The notes below the pieces were generated by a model. It worked only from the letters and a program-made list of their open reading frames with translations, was not told where the DNA came from and made no database searches. Positions 9,662 to 21,173 of a stretch of 64,000 nucleotides of DNA are shown piece after piece. This DNA comes from Octopus sinensis (lineage: Eukaryota): positions 71,362,001 through 71,426,000 of the forward strand of contig NC_043001.1 in NCBI RefSeq assembly GCF_006345805.1, in the 5' to 3' direction. Positions within the stretch are counted from its first letter, which is position 1; the number at the start of each line of letters is the position of its first letter. Position numbers and translations under genes: made by a program.

Positions 9662-11949
9662 CACCAAACAAGCAGGAGGAACCAAAAGTAATAAAAATTA
9701 TCAATCTAACTCACAAGGAACTAACAGCAAACCAAATTAACATACTTTCCAAAGGACTCAAGTTTACACCCACCCCACAACACCCCAACTACAACGAAAT
9801 GAAAGAAGACATCGCAGAATTCTGCAGAAAATTAAGACTTACTGAGGAGCTATACGATAAATACGAGGACGAATCGTTAGCCAGAAATAGGAGTAACTAC
9901 ACCCCCTCGAAAGGTAAGAACAAAACACTTGATGATTTCTGTGACCACATATCTAATTACCCATATCAACATATGCACAAACAAAAACACAAACCAAACT
10001 TCAGCAAAAAAGAATGGGCTGAGTTGAACAAATTAAAACAAGATAAAACAATAACAATCAAAGAGGCCGATAAAGGGAGTGCTGTTGTCTTAATGGATAC
10101 GACATTTTACATAACTTTGGTACTTTCTATGCTGGAAGACACAACATACTATGAAAAGGCACAAAACTACAGTCAACAAAAAATAATGAGGGAACTAAAA
10201 TCCATATTAAACCCATACAAAGCAGGGCTCACCGAGAAAGAATATGATTATATGACCAATTTCACAAGTAAAACTAGCCAATACTACGGTATTCCTAAGA
10301 TCCACAAAAGTGAAAAAATAAGCAACGCATGCAAGATAGCTACAGACAAAATAATTAAAGTCCCTAATCCTAATGACCTCAAATTGAGACCCATAATAGC
10401 AGGTCCCGCATGCGAAACCCACCGCCTCAGTAACTTTTTAGACACCCTGTTAAAACCACTCCTCAAACATGTCAAAAGCTATATAAGGGACGACTTAGAT
10501 ATGCTCAATCACCTACCGAATACTATAAACAAAAACACCATACTGGTATCCTTCGATGTAGTCAACCACTACTCCAATATCCCCCACAACCTAGGACTAG
10601 AGGCAATCTAATTCTGGCTAGAGAATCACGCCAACGAACTACCACACCGCATCAAAAAAGAATTTGTGATAGAAGGGGTTAAATTCATCCTGGAAAATAA
10701 CTTCTTCGCCTTCAATGACAACTTCTACCGACAAAAATCGGGGACTGCGATGGGTACACGAATGGCCCCCTCCTTTGCCAACCTAGTCATAGGATACCTA
10801 GAGATCAGTCTGTATCGTAAGGTTCTAGAAAGATATGGCAGCCCTTTCTCCATCTACATAGAAAACAACTGGAAGAGATATCTAGATGACTGTTTCATCC
10901 TTTGGCATAAAAAAATATAGAAAAACTCATAGAATTCCAGAAACTTTTAAACGGACTGGACGTAAACATCCAATTCACGATGGAATATAGCCAACAACAA
11001 CTCCCCTTCCTCGATATCCTCATTAAGAAAGCTAATAATATAATAGAAACAGACATATACTATAAGCCTACAGACTCTAAGCAATATCTTCCATTCAATT
11101 CATGCCACCCCAGACACACCAGGATGAATATCCCCTTCAATCTAGCAAAAAGGATATGCACTATAGTCTCTAACGCAAACACCAGAGACACACGACTACA
11201 AGAACTAAAAGATACCCTTATCACCAGAACTATCCACCTTCACTTATGACAAGTGCATTCAACGTGCCCTTCAACTTAACATCAAGGAACTGAGACATCC
11301 CAAATCAAAGAAAAACTTACAACCAAAAGCCTTACCATACATCTCCACACACAACCCTCTCAATAACGAAGCCTTCGACACCATCCTCCACAACATACCC
11401 CTCCTAAAAAAAGACCACAGAATGAACACAATCCTCCAAACATACACGATCATAAAAAGCAAAAGACAGCCTAGATCCATGAAAAGTCTCCTAACACAAG
11501 CCCGAATTCACTCTTCAACACAGAAGCCGACAGTAAAAAAATGTGGAAGACCCAATTGCGGGATATGCGACTATCTAATTGAGGGATCAGAGTTTTCCTT
11601 CAAACAGGGACAACGGTTTACAGTGAAAAGCAACTTCACATGTGCTTCGGAGAACCTAATATACTCACTAACCTGCTCCGGGTGTCAAGAGCAGTACAGA
11701 GGCCAAACAAAAAATGGTTTGCGTAAACGAATGGCCCTGCACAGATCCCAGATAAAAATTCCCCAAAACAGAAAAATAGCTTTTAGCCAACACATAGATA
11801 CTTGCGCCAACAAAAAAACACCAAACTTCAGAATTTTCCCCCTCTACCAATTTAGGGACGATACAACCTCGAGACAACGAATAAGTAAAGAAAATCTCTT
11901 TATTACAAAATACAAGCCACTTCTTAACGGGTCTACGACAAACGATTAA
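9622..11949 (+). pseudogene. PLE reverse transcriptase / GIY-YIG endonuclease ORF with one in-frame TAA and three 1-nt deletions
   Basis: Motifs IINLT..LSKGLKFTPTP, ADKGSAVV, YGIPKIHK, LRPII, VSFDVVNHYSNIP, GTAMG, RYLDD, YYKPTDSKQYL, CGRPNCGIC and LIYSLTC..C..QYRGQT. Lesions at 10609-10611, ~10910, ~11224 and ~11247. Confidence 0.92.
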
Positions 11950-12069
11950 TATACCTCAACTTTAGAATAAAAGAAATAGATACACACACAAATATTACAC
12001 TCCATAGAATACATTACTAATCAGCCCCATCACAGCTATACTTACACCCATTCATATTCTCCCTTCTTT

Positions 12070-12250
12070 GTTTTTTTCTTCTTCTTCTTCCTCTTCTTCT
12101 TCATCATCATCATTATCATCATCATCGTCGTCATCATCATCATCACCATCATCACCACCATCTTCTCCTTCTCCTTCTTCTTCTTCTTCTTCTTCATCAT
12201 CATCATCATCAACATCGTCATCTTCTTCTTCTTCTACTTCTCCACCTTCC
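12070..12250. repeat. (TCT)n/(TCA)n trinucleotide tract in the PLE 3' UTR
   Basis: Read directly; it explains the poly-S and poly-D/E ORFs. Confidence 0.9.
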
Positions 12251-12578
12251 ACCCCTTAACCTTGTCACTAATGTCTTCAGTATAACGCCTACGCAAATTC
12301 CATAAACAATTCCTGAATTGAACTGCGACTACTGTCAGCCACTGACCATTCAAAATACGACCATTAAGGCATTCCCAGATTTCCCCACCCCCTCTCCACA
12401 TCAGCCTCCTTATTCTTCACCTATCCTACCAAGAACTCAAAACGACCTCGGACACACAAGTGCAAACAAGGGAGTCAGAGAAAGGCAGAATGCTACTTAT
12501 ATCTGAACACTACTACAGAAATATTCTTTTAAAAAAACTTTTCTTCTAATTTTTCTAAATTTAATTATTTAATCGTTA

Positions 12579-12616
12579 CAGTTGAAAAGGTCTCAAAATG
12601 ACCGAAACCGGTACTG
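12579..12616 (+). ncRNA. Hammerhead ribozyme, U3:A8 core variant
   Basis: cag-TTGAAAA-GGTC-tcaaaat-GACC-GAA-ACCGGT-A-ctg. Confidence 0.7.
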
Positions 12617-12703
12617 AAAGATTCACTATAAAATTATCTTAGCATTTTCTATTTTTGACTTGTTTTTTCATATATATCAACTCGTGTGTTCCTTTCCACC
12701 CTT

Positions 12704-12751
<48 letters not shown>

Positions 12752-12754
<3 letters not shown>

Positions 12755-13030
12755 GGTATGTAGAAAAATACAACATGGACAAGAACGTATAACTCTTAGA
12801 AGACGACACAATAAACATGGACAGGACATTCGAACCCCTCAGTCTTCAGTCAAGAACCGGATCATCGTAGTAATTTCGGCTGATTAATCTTGAGATTACT
12901 AGATCACGGCCAGCCCTCCAAGAAAAACTAAGCAACGAGCATTAGAAAAACTAAGCTGGAAGCGTAGATTTCCTGGAAGAAGGATCGAATGCATACGAAC
13001 ACCAGGACAGCAAAAGGGACAGATATAAAA
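12752..13030 (-). repeat. PLE pseudo-LTR-like repeat, related to 20730-21020
   Basis: Shares taatgctc..gcttagtttt.c.t.gg.gggct.gcc and ga-CTGA(A/G)GA motifs with 20730-21020; abuts (TA)n. Confidence 0.55.
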
Positions 13031-13403
13031 AAACAAAAAACAACAAAGAAAGAAAATTGAGAAGTTGACCTGCAAACATCGGTTTGCAATACCATTATAT
13101 GGTAATTAACTAGAAATTTCTTTTGCTGTATTCATTATGTTAACAAACACATGCACAACTACTTGACGAATGATACCTTCCCTACTCTCTCCCTCTCTCT
13201 ACCCATCTTTCTCTCTCACTCGCTTTAATCTCTCTCGTTTTCCCTATTACATCATTTTCACACTAACTACCACACCAGCCCACAATAAAAACCATAATGT
13301 ATTACATACGCACTTGCTCAAACATATCAAACGTATTTGTTTATATGTATGAAAATAACGGATTTTTTTTTAAAACGCACACATTCTAAAGCGCACACAT
13401 CTA

Positions 13404-13441
13404 AGTCTGTCGCAGGTCAACCAACACGTTGAAATGTAACT
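13404..13441 (+). ncRNA. Degenerate hammerhead relic (CTGTCG type)
   Basis: agt-CTGTCGCA...GAAATGTA-act. Stem I is intact; the core is decayed. Confidence 0.3.
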
Positions 13442-13575
13442 CTTTTTAATTTAATTTAATTTCTATAATTGAACTAATTGGATATGGAAACGAGTGTAGG
13501 ATTGGAGTGTCAATTTGTCATTTTGTTCTTTTTCGCATTCATAAATATTCTAAATACATACATACATACATATAC

Positions 13576-13679
<104 letters not shown>

Positions 13680-13784
13680 ATGCAAAAAATACCTATATAT
13701 CTCAACGAAAACTTAGTTTTCACTGAACACTGGTATAAACCGGAGAACTAGGATGCTAGCATCCCTTAAAGGATACAATTGTGT

Positions 13785-13990
13785 GTGTGTGTGCGTGTCT
13801 AAGTTTGTCCCCCGTACCATCGCTTGACAACTGATGCTAGTGCGTTTACGTCCCCGTAACTTAGCGGTTGGGCAAAAAGATTCCGACAGAATAAGTACTA
13901 CGCTTACGAAGAATAAGTCCTGGAGTCATTTTCTTTGGCTAAACACTTCCAACATGGAGCAGTCAAATATCTGAAACATGTATAAGATAA
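13785..13990 (+). mobile_element. SINE family B, 3' half
   Basis: tttgtcccc..catcgcttgacaactgatgct...gtccccgtaacttagcgg...gcagtcaaat. Confidence 0.8.
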
Positions 13991-14649
13991 AATACCTTAA
14001 TACATTGATATAGAAACACCTGGTTCACCTTTACTTAGAGGATGCATTTAACTAACCGAACCAAGCAGAATCAATAATAAGTATACGAAAATGCATTGAT
14101 TAGCTGTTTGTAAATTAATAATAACAAAGTTGGTAACGACCAAAGGTTTTCTTTCATTTACAATCGCACTTTACTCTTAAGCGTAACATCTTTAATAAAG
14201 ATACACATACGCAATTTAATCCGACACAGCAATTAAAATGCAATTAGTAACACTTTAGCAGTGTACTTCAATAAATCTACACCTTGTCATTATCAACTTT
14301 TCAAAAAGAAAAGGTGTTTATTAGTAACTAACTGTAAGGTTTAATTGTGACACGTTTTAGCCTAATTAATAAATCTACACGCAAAGATATTTCTTATTTT
14401 ATGTAGCGAGCTCTGGGTCTGTAATGGTGGAATGCATTTAAATTGAGATAGGGAAATTAATTATGTTCAAGTAATATGTATCGTTCGGTCGGTTTCGATT
14501 AAGATAAGTACGATTATAATAAATATAATTATGAGATAATTATATTTATACTTACAATTAATACTTACAGATTATCCTCAGTATGCATTTGAAATGAGAA
14601 ATCGATGTTAATATGTGTGAGTGTGAAAACACACAAACTGATACATAGA

Positions 14650-14808
14650 TACACACACATGTATATCTATACATACATACATATACATACATACATACAT
14701 AATACATACATACATACATACATACATACATACATACATACATACATACATACATACATACATGCATACATACATACACACACATACATACACATACATA
14801 CATACATT

Positions 14809-14844
<36 letters not shown>

Positions 14845-14900
14845 ATAAGAATATAAATTTCAAGTTAGATTGGTTCATACTGTCTGTATCCTTTCCTTTC

Positions 14901-14976
<76 letters not shown>
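14650..14976. repeat. (CATA)n, (TA)n and (CT)n microsatellite cluster
   Basis: Read directly from the sequence. Confidence 0.9.
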
Positions 14977-14977
<1 letters not shown>

Positions 14978-15410
14978 CATGTAATTGCTTTTACATGTAA
15001 TTTTGACATGTAATTTTGTTTTAAAAGTCTTGTAATGCATGTTTTGATATTTTGATAGGCAGTTATCATGCAGAAGATTCTACCTTCCAAATCTTGTGTT
15101 CTGACTGGACAAAAATTATGAAAATTAAAATCTCTGTAACATTATTCTAAACTTCTTGAATACATGAATAAAATCGGATTCACCGTAGAAAAGTAGATCA
15201 ATATATCAAACTTGAAAATCTTGACTTAATTTTTATATTTCAAAATCTATGACGACAACCATTATTAATTCTAGCTTATGAGACTTCATTCAATACCTGA
15301 AACAGGTGTGCGTTGTGTCCTTGATCAAGTCGCTCTGTTCATGTTTTTTTTAGTTATAAGGAAAAGTGTACCAGTCGACTACTGGGGAAGCTCTCTCTCT
15401 CTATTTTCAA

Positions 15411-15469
<59 letters not shown>

Positions 15470-15475
<6 letters not shown>

Positions 15476-15880
15476 ATATATTTTTTCTATATTTTCGCTT
15501 GTCAAAGAAAATATTTCTCCTGCGTTCGCTATTTTACCTTCGTCTGGTCCAACGACCCTCCATGCTTGTTTTCGTTCGGTTTTACTTGCTTGTCTCCTGC
15601 TTTTGTTACCAACTTTGACCCTCCATAAAATCCCAAATTCTATTTTGGCTTTTGTAGGAGCAACTGTCTTTGAAGATGCACACTGTCGTTCAGTGCTCGA
15701 AATGAGGAGTAGATGGGCAGCCGACAACTGATGAAGGGTCGTTTTTTATGTTATTTGTCCCGTTTTCCATTTGTTTCTCCCGTTGCTTGCGTATTTAACT
15801 TATTTGTTTGCGTATTTCACGTTGTTTACTGTTTGTGACGTCCTGTGCCCATATATGCATGTATGTATATGTGTATATAT
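15470..15880 (+). repeat. PLE pseudo-LTR-like repeat with two degenerate hammerhead cores
   Basis: ctgtc-tTTGAAGA..CACTG/CAGTG..cGAAA...GTA-gatgg (15664-15716), then a CTGATGA near 15728; microsatellite flanks. Confidence 0.4.
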
Positions 15881-15979
15881 GTGTGGCGTCAGCACACCAT
15901 TATAGATCGTTAGCTCCTACACGCATTTTTTCTCTACTTTTTTTCTCTCCTTGTTTCTCTCCTTGTTTTTTTCTGTGTA

Positions 15980-16017
15980 TCTTTCTGTCGAAGAGCGTAG
16001 GCTCGAAACGTAAAAGA
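15980..16017 (+). ncRNA. Hammerhead-like motif with variant core CUGUCGA-A
   Basis: tcttt-CTGTCGA-A-GAGC-gtag-GCTC-GAA-ACGT-A-aaaga. All three stems form, with a 4-nt palindromic stem III. Confidence 0.55.
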
Positions 16018-16793
16018 CTTTTTCTATTTCTATTCCTGAGCGCTATACTAATACATTTGTTTGTTTGTACTCCACCTGCCTTCGTCTTTTGTTTATTTTC
16101 GTAAACTTACCCGTTATATATATATGCATAAAATAAAATTGGAAAATATTTTTGGATGACTGCTTCCTCTTCTGGAATGAAAACATAGATAAACTCTTTG
16201 AGTTGAAAAGACTCCTTAATAGCATTAATACCACCATACAATTTACAATGGAACACAATCAAAAGTAACTCCCATTCCTAGGCATACTGATTAAAAAATA
16301 AACAAAAAATAGAAACGGATATTTTTTACAAAACCACAAACGCTAAATAATACCTATTATTTAGCTCACACCACACGAGACATATCAAAACAAATAATCC
16401 TTGCAAGAGGGATTTGCACGACAGTGTCCAAAAACAAAAAATACCAGAGAACTAAGATTGCAAGAGCTTAAAAACGTACTTCAGGACAGACACTATCCAA
16501 TTCATTAAAATCGATTGACATGAAAACATTAAGAAAAGTCAAATACAATGACACACCTAGTCTGAAACACTACCTTTTGTCTCCACATACAACCCCTGAA
16601 ACAAAGAAGCATTTAACAGCATTGTACAAAATCTCCCAATACTCTATAAGGACTGAAGGAAATTCTACGTATCCATAAAACCATTAAAAGCAGTAAACAA
16701 CCAAAGACACGAAAGAAGATCCTCCCAGATAACTAATTTGTTTTTAAGAATAACGGACGCAAGAGTTAAAAAAGGGTGTCGTCCTAGCTGCGG

Positions 16794-17767
16794 TCCGATG
16801 TCTCCAGTGCGAGCAGTGGCGTGCCTCAAGGTTCAGTGCTTGGGCCCTTATTGTTCTTAGTCTTCATAAATGATTTGCCCGACGACCTCACGCAACACAC
16901 CGTTCTATTTGCCGAGGATGTTAAACTGGTCGCTCCTCGCGATGATATAGAGGATCTTCGTCGATGCCTCCACCGATTTTGGAGATGGTCTAACGAATGG
17001 GACCTGTGTCTGAACGTGTCAAAGTGCTGTCATCTGCCTGTCGGCTCTCCTCCTGCAACTCAACTTGATTTCGAGCCGGGTTGTCTGCTGCTGGAGAGGA
17101 CCGATCAGGTAAAGGACCTGGGTATCTTGGTGGATTCCTCCTTTTCGCCTTCGGCCTAGTGCGTCCATACTGCCAACAAAGCACGCGGAGTTCTGTTATT
17201 GATTCGACAGTCATTCGGAATGCTCACAGCAGCCATATTCATACCGCTCTATGTCACGCTGGTGAGACCCATATTGGAGTACGGGATTCAAGCCTCTTCT
17301 CCTTATCTCCTCAAAGACATACAGCATCTTGAAAGAGTCCAGAAGCTGGCTACATGCATGGTTCTTGGTCTCAAGAATTTGTCTTATGAAGAAAGGCTGA
17401 AGACGCTCGACCTTTATTCTCTAGAAAAACGACGACGCCCTGGTGATCTCATTCTTGCTCACAACATCATAAGCGGAAAGTGTAACCTCTCGAAGGAGCT
17501 GTTCTTCACTCCTGCTCCAGAGCGTCGGCTGCAGGGTCATTCCGAAAAAGCTCTATCTGCGACGATTTCATCTCAATCGAAGGAGAGGGGCTTTCTCCGT
17601 CCGGGTTGCGGATCCGTGGAATAAGACGACCGCTCGGTTCAAAGTCTCCCTTGACCACAAGTAGCCTGAACTCTTTACATGAACACCACCCTGTACATAA
17701 CTCCATGTCCCCCTACGTAGCCTTGCTTTTTTGCTTTTTGAGCCAAAAAATTAACTAACTAACTAAC
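16794..17767 (+). mobile_element. 5'-truncated CR1-clade LINE (RT C-terminal half and 3' UTR)
   Basis: SGVPQGSVLGPLLFLVFINDL, LFAEDVKL, VKDLGILVD, VRPILEY and LERVQK; ends in an (AACT)n tail. Confidence 0.92.
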
Positions 17768-18311
17768 ATGTCCCAGTCTTTTGGAAAGATAAGAATTTCA
17801 GTTTAGACAAAGGTAAAAATTCAAAATTAAATCCGACTTCACATGCGTCTCTGAAAACCTCATTTGTGTAATCAGATGTTCGGGCTGCCATAAAAACAAC
17901 AAAGTGCTGTTAGGAATGTCGGTCAGAAGGAGATGTACAGTCCACAGACAACAGATATCTTTCCCACAGTATTACCAGATATATCTGAGTGAACACGTTG
18001 ACAGCTGTGCAGAACAACTGCAACCACAATTCCCATCCTTCCCATTATATCAATTTACTGTTTGGACTTCAACGCAGGTACGACTAAATAAAGAGGTCCC
18101 ATTTATCGAAAAATATAAGCCAGAATTAAATACAAACCCATACTGAAAATTAAAAATTTACCCCATCTATTGTAAGTTATAAGCCAGAATTAAATGTAAG
18201 CCAATATTAAAAATTACAGATTTACCTCCCCTTTACCGAAAAATACCTTGGTTAATAATTATCCCCACTAGCAAACAAAATGTCTAATTCAGAATTGCAT
18301 CCAAGACTCAA

Positions 18312-18342
18312 AATTTGAAAAGCGATAGCGAAACCAGTTATT
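18312..18342 (+). ncRNA. Hammerhead relic, U3:A8 variant, in the older PLE's 3' pLTR
   Basis: aat-TTGAAAA-GC-gata-GC-GAA-ACCAGT-T-att. Confidence 0.5.
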
Positions 18343-18505
18343 ATGTTGGAAGAAAAAGACTAATTTTGTACAATATTGTGTAATACTTTTTCTATTATGA
18401 TTCTAATATATTTTCTAGTCTCGTAAAACAAATATTCTGTATTTTTTCATCTTATTTCTTTCCGTGTATATTCAACCACGCGTAACCACCCACCATACTT
18501 TCGAC

Positions 18506-18563
<58 letters not shown>

Positions 18564-18928
18564 GTGTGTGTGGTGTGTGTGTGTGTGGTGTGTGTGTGTG
18601 GTGTGTGTGTGTACATACATCTGCCTGTTTCTTTATTTACGTCTTTCTCATTTTAATTTCCCCCCTTTATATATGTTTACCACAGTCTCACTCTGTACGC
18701 ATGTATATGACTCATGCTCAGATTATGTGTGTGTCTGTCTGTGTGTATGACGTGTATGTGTGTGTAAGGAATTTTATTCGGATGAGAGAGTCGAAAGACT
18801 TTCACGAAGCATCAACAGTGAGATATGAAAAATCTTTACATATAAGATGAAAAAACACAGATTTGTTTTACAAGACTAAAGAATGTATTAGAATCATAAT
18901 AGCAAAGTATTACACAATATTGTACATA

Positions 18929-19090
18929 GGCACAGGAGTGGCTGTGTGATAAGTAGCTTGCTTACCAACCACATGGTCCCGGGTTTAGTCCCACTGTGTA
19001 GCACCTTGCACAAGTGTCTTCTTACTATAGCCTCGGGCCGACCAAAGCTTTGTGAGTGGATTTGTAGACGGAAACTGGAAGAAGCCCACC

Positions 19091-19152
<62 letters not shown>

Positions 19153-19420
19153 TTGTGTGCGTGCGTGCGTGCGTGCATGCATGCGTGCGTGCATGCATGC
19201 GTGCGTGCGTGCGTGCGTGTGTGTTTGTCTCCCCCAACATCGCTTGACAACCGATGCTGGTGTGTTTACGTCCGCGTAACTTAGCAGTTCGGCATAAGGA
19301 ACCGACAGAATAAGTACTAGGTTTACAAAGAATAAGTCCTGGAGTGGATTTGCACGACTAAAGGCGGTGGTCCAGCATGGCCGCAGTCAAATGACTGAAA
19401 CAAGTAAAAGAATAAAAGAA
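18929..19420 (+). mobile_element. SINE family B, full length, with internal (TA)(TG)(TGCG) microsatellite
   Basis: Head ggcacaggagtggctgtgtgataag through tail gactgaaacaagtaaaagaataaaagaa. Confidence 0.9.
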
Positions 19421-19924
19421 TATATGAATATCCACTAAATGGACGAAAACATCTTAGTTTACCGGTACATGATAAATTGCCCCACACGATGTAGAAATCT
19501 GTTCTGATCAAGAGGTCTATCTGCCACAGAAGATATGGTCTCGCATGGAACGAAAAAAAAAATAAAGTAAATCATTTCATTGTGGAAATTGCCTGGCAAC
19601 GACTGGATACTGACCTAGTGTGTGTATATACATGGTGCAGGCGGTATTTGAGGACATGTGCATTTTTAGTCATTATTTTATTTGATTAATTGAAATTGAA
19701 ATTCTGTTTCAAAATTAGCAATGACAGGCCTATGCTTACTAATGAAAAGGCATGCTGTGTTTGAGGATTTGAAGGCTAAGCATGGTGATTTAGAATTCTT
19801 TCGTTTTCTGAATGTACCATCACAAAAGGCTCAAATGACGCAAGAATGGATGGCATGATCACACCACCTAGAACATTTGGTCCCCTAACTCTCTAATGTT
19901 TCACCAAAAATGAGAATTGCAAGC

Positions 19925-19977
<53 letters not shown>

Positions 19978-20071
19978 AAGAGAGGGGGAGAGAGAGAGAG
20001 TGAGAGAGAGAGAGATAAAGAGAGAGAGACTATGTATGTATATATATATACATATATGAAAGTGTGCTTTC

Positions 20072-20116
<45 letters not shown>

Positions 20117-20173
20117 CAGACAGAATGAGTGAGTGAGAGACAGAGAAAGCGAGAGAGAGATTATGTATGTATG

Positions 20174-20239
<66 letters not shown>

Positions 20240-20240
<1 letters not shown>

Positions 20241-20725
20241 AAAGTGTGCTGAAATGTTCATAGGCTGATTATGAAGGCTTGATGCTAGAGCTATGAAATC
20301 TTGCTTGCATTAATTTTACGCCTTGCTATTAACAGATGCATTGTTTCTTTCCAGGCAAAGTGACATCTCACTGTTCAAAGAAGACTTCAAATGTAACTAG
20401 TAGCCTCTTTTCTTGAAAACCAAGAAAATTTGGTATCGTTGTTTTATCGAGTACCTGCAGAAAAAGGCTTTAGCCCCCAAGGGCAGTCAAGCTTACATGG
20501 TTGCTACATTAAAGAATGACGCTCCAGCTCTGTTCAAAACAGGGCAGCTGAATTTTGTAGATAGCCCAAGGTCTAGGCGTCCTGCTTCTGCCACATGGCG
20601 ATGGATGACAGGCAATTGGTAATAAATCAAAAACACAATGCTATTAGCATATCCTAAGAGGGTGAAGAATATTCTGCACAATGAATTTGTCATGATGAAG
20701 GTTTTTGTTCGGTGGGTATTACGTT
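20240..20725 (+). mobile_element. Decayed mariner 5' fragment
   Basis: TIR-like tatgaaagtgtgctgaaa; HTH-like YRCFIEYLQKK...DSPRSRRP; WVLR corresponds to the WVPR motif. Confidence 0.6.
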
Positions 20726-20729
20726 GTTT

Positions 20730-21018
20730 TGTGTAAAATTCTCCTTTTTTTCCGTCCTTGTTTTCGTATACATTCGCTGCTTTCTTCTAAGGAATCTAAT
20801 GCTCTTAGCTTAGTTTTTCCTTGGGGCTAGCCAGATTGGAGCAACCTCGAGTATAACCAGCCGAAATTGCAAAGATCATCTGGAAACTCGACTGAGGAAA
20901 GAAAACTCCGAAAGGCCCGTCCTTGTTTTCTTTGTATCGTCTATCGGATGTTTGTTGTCCCCTTTTTGTATCACTTAACTGTCCGGATGTTTTGCGTTAT
21001 TGTCCCATTTTGTATTTT

Positions 21019-21020
<2 letters not shown>
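20730..21020 (+). repeat. PLE pseudo-LTR-like repeat with degenerate hammerhead
   Basis: gaCTGAGGA..cGAAAggcccGTC at ~20891-20921; homologous to 12752-13030 inverted; followed by (TA)n. Confidence 0.5.
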
Positions 21021-21073
<53 letters not shown>

Positions 21074-21079
21074 ATGTAT

Positions 21080-21173
<94 letters not shown>

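Larger units (their letters stand above)
8562..12707 (+). mobile_element. Neptune-type Penelope-like retroelement, 5'-truncated, with inverted pseudo-LTRs
   Basis: ~402-bp inverted repeats at 8562-8963 and 12276-12677 are nearly identical. It has RT (YLDD), a CxxxxCxxC linker and GIY-YIG, hammerheads in both repeats, a ~30-nt tail at 12678-12707, and (TA)n flanks. Confidence 0.95.
16130..18505 (+). mobile_element. Older, decayed Neptune-type PLE interrupted by a CR1 LINE
   Basis: WKIFLDDCFLFW, QFTMEH..LPFL, CRPSCG|TC, FTCVSENLICVIRCSGC and FIEKYKPELN; paralogous to 10850-11949. Confidence 0.88.

Noticed and set aside
10609-10611. In-frame stop as possible selenocysteine recoding (Naiad-type PLE)
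   Set aside because: The codon is TAA, not TGA, and the element has hammerheads; treated as a point mutation or error.
12052-12259. Acidic poly-D/E and poly-S ORFs
   Set aside because: Trinucleotide repeat in the PLE 3' UTR.
8733-12506. Twin 62-aa ORFs and apparent TIRs suggesting a DNA transposon
   Set aside because: The inverted repeats are PLE pseudo-LTRs around an RT/GIY-YIG ORF; the small ORFs start at TTG within the repeat.
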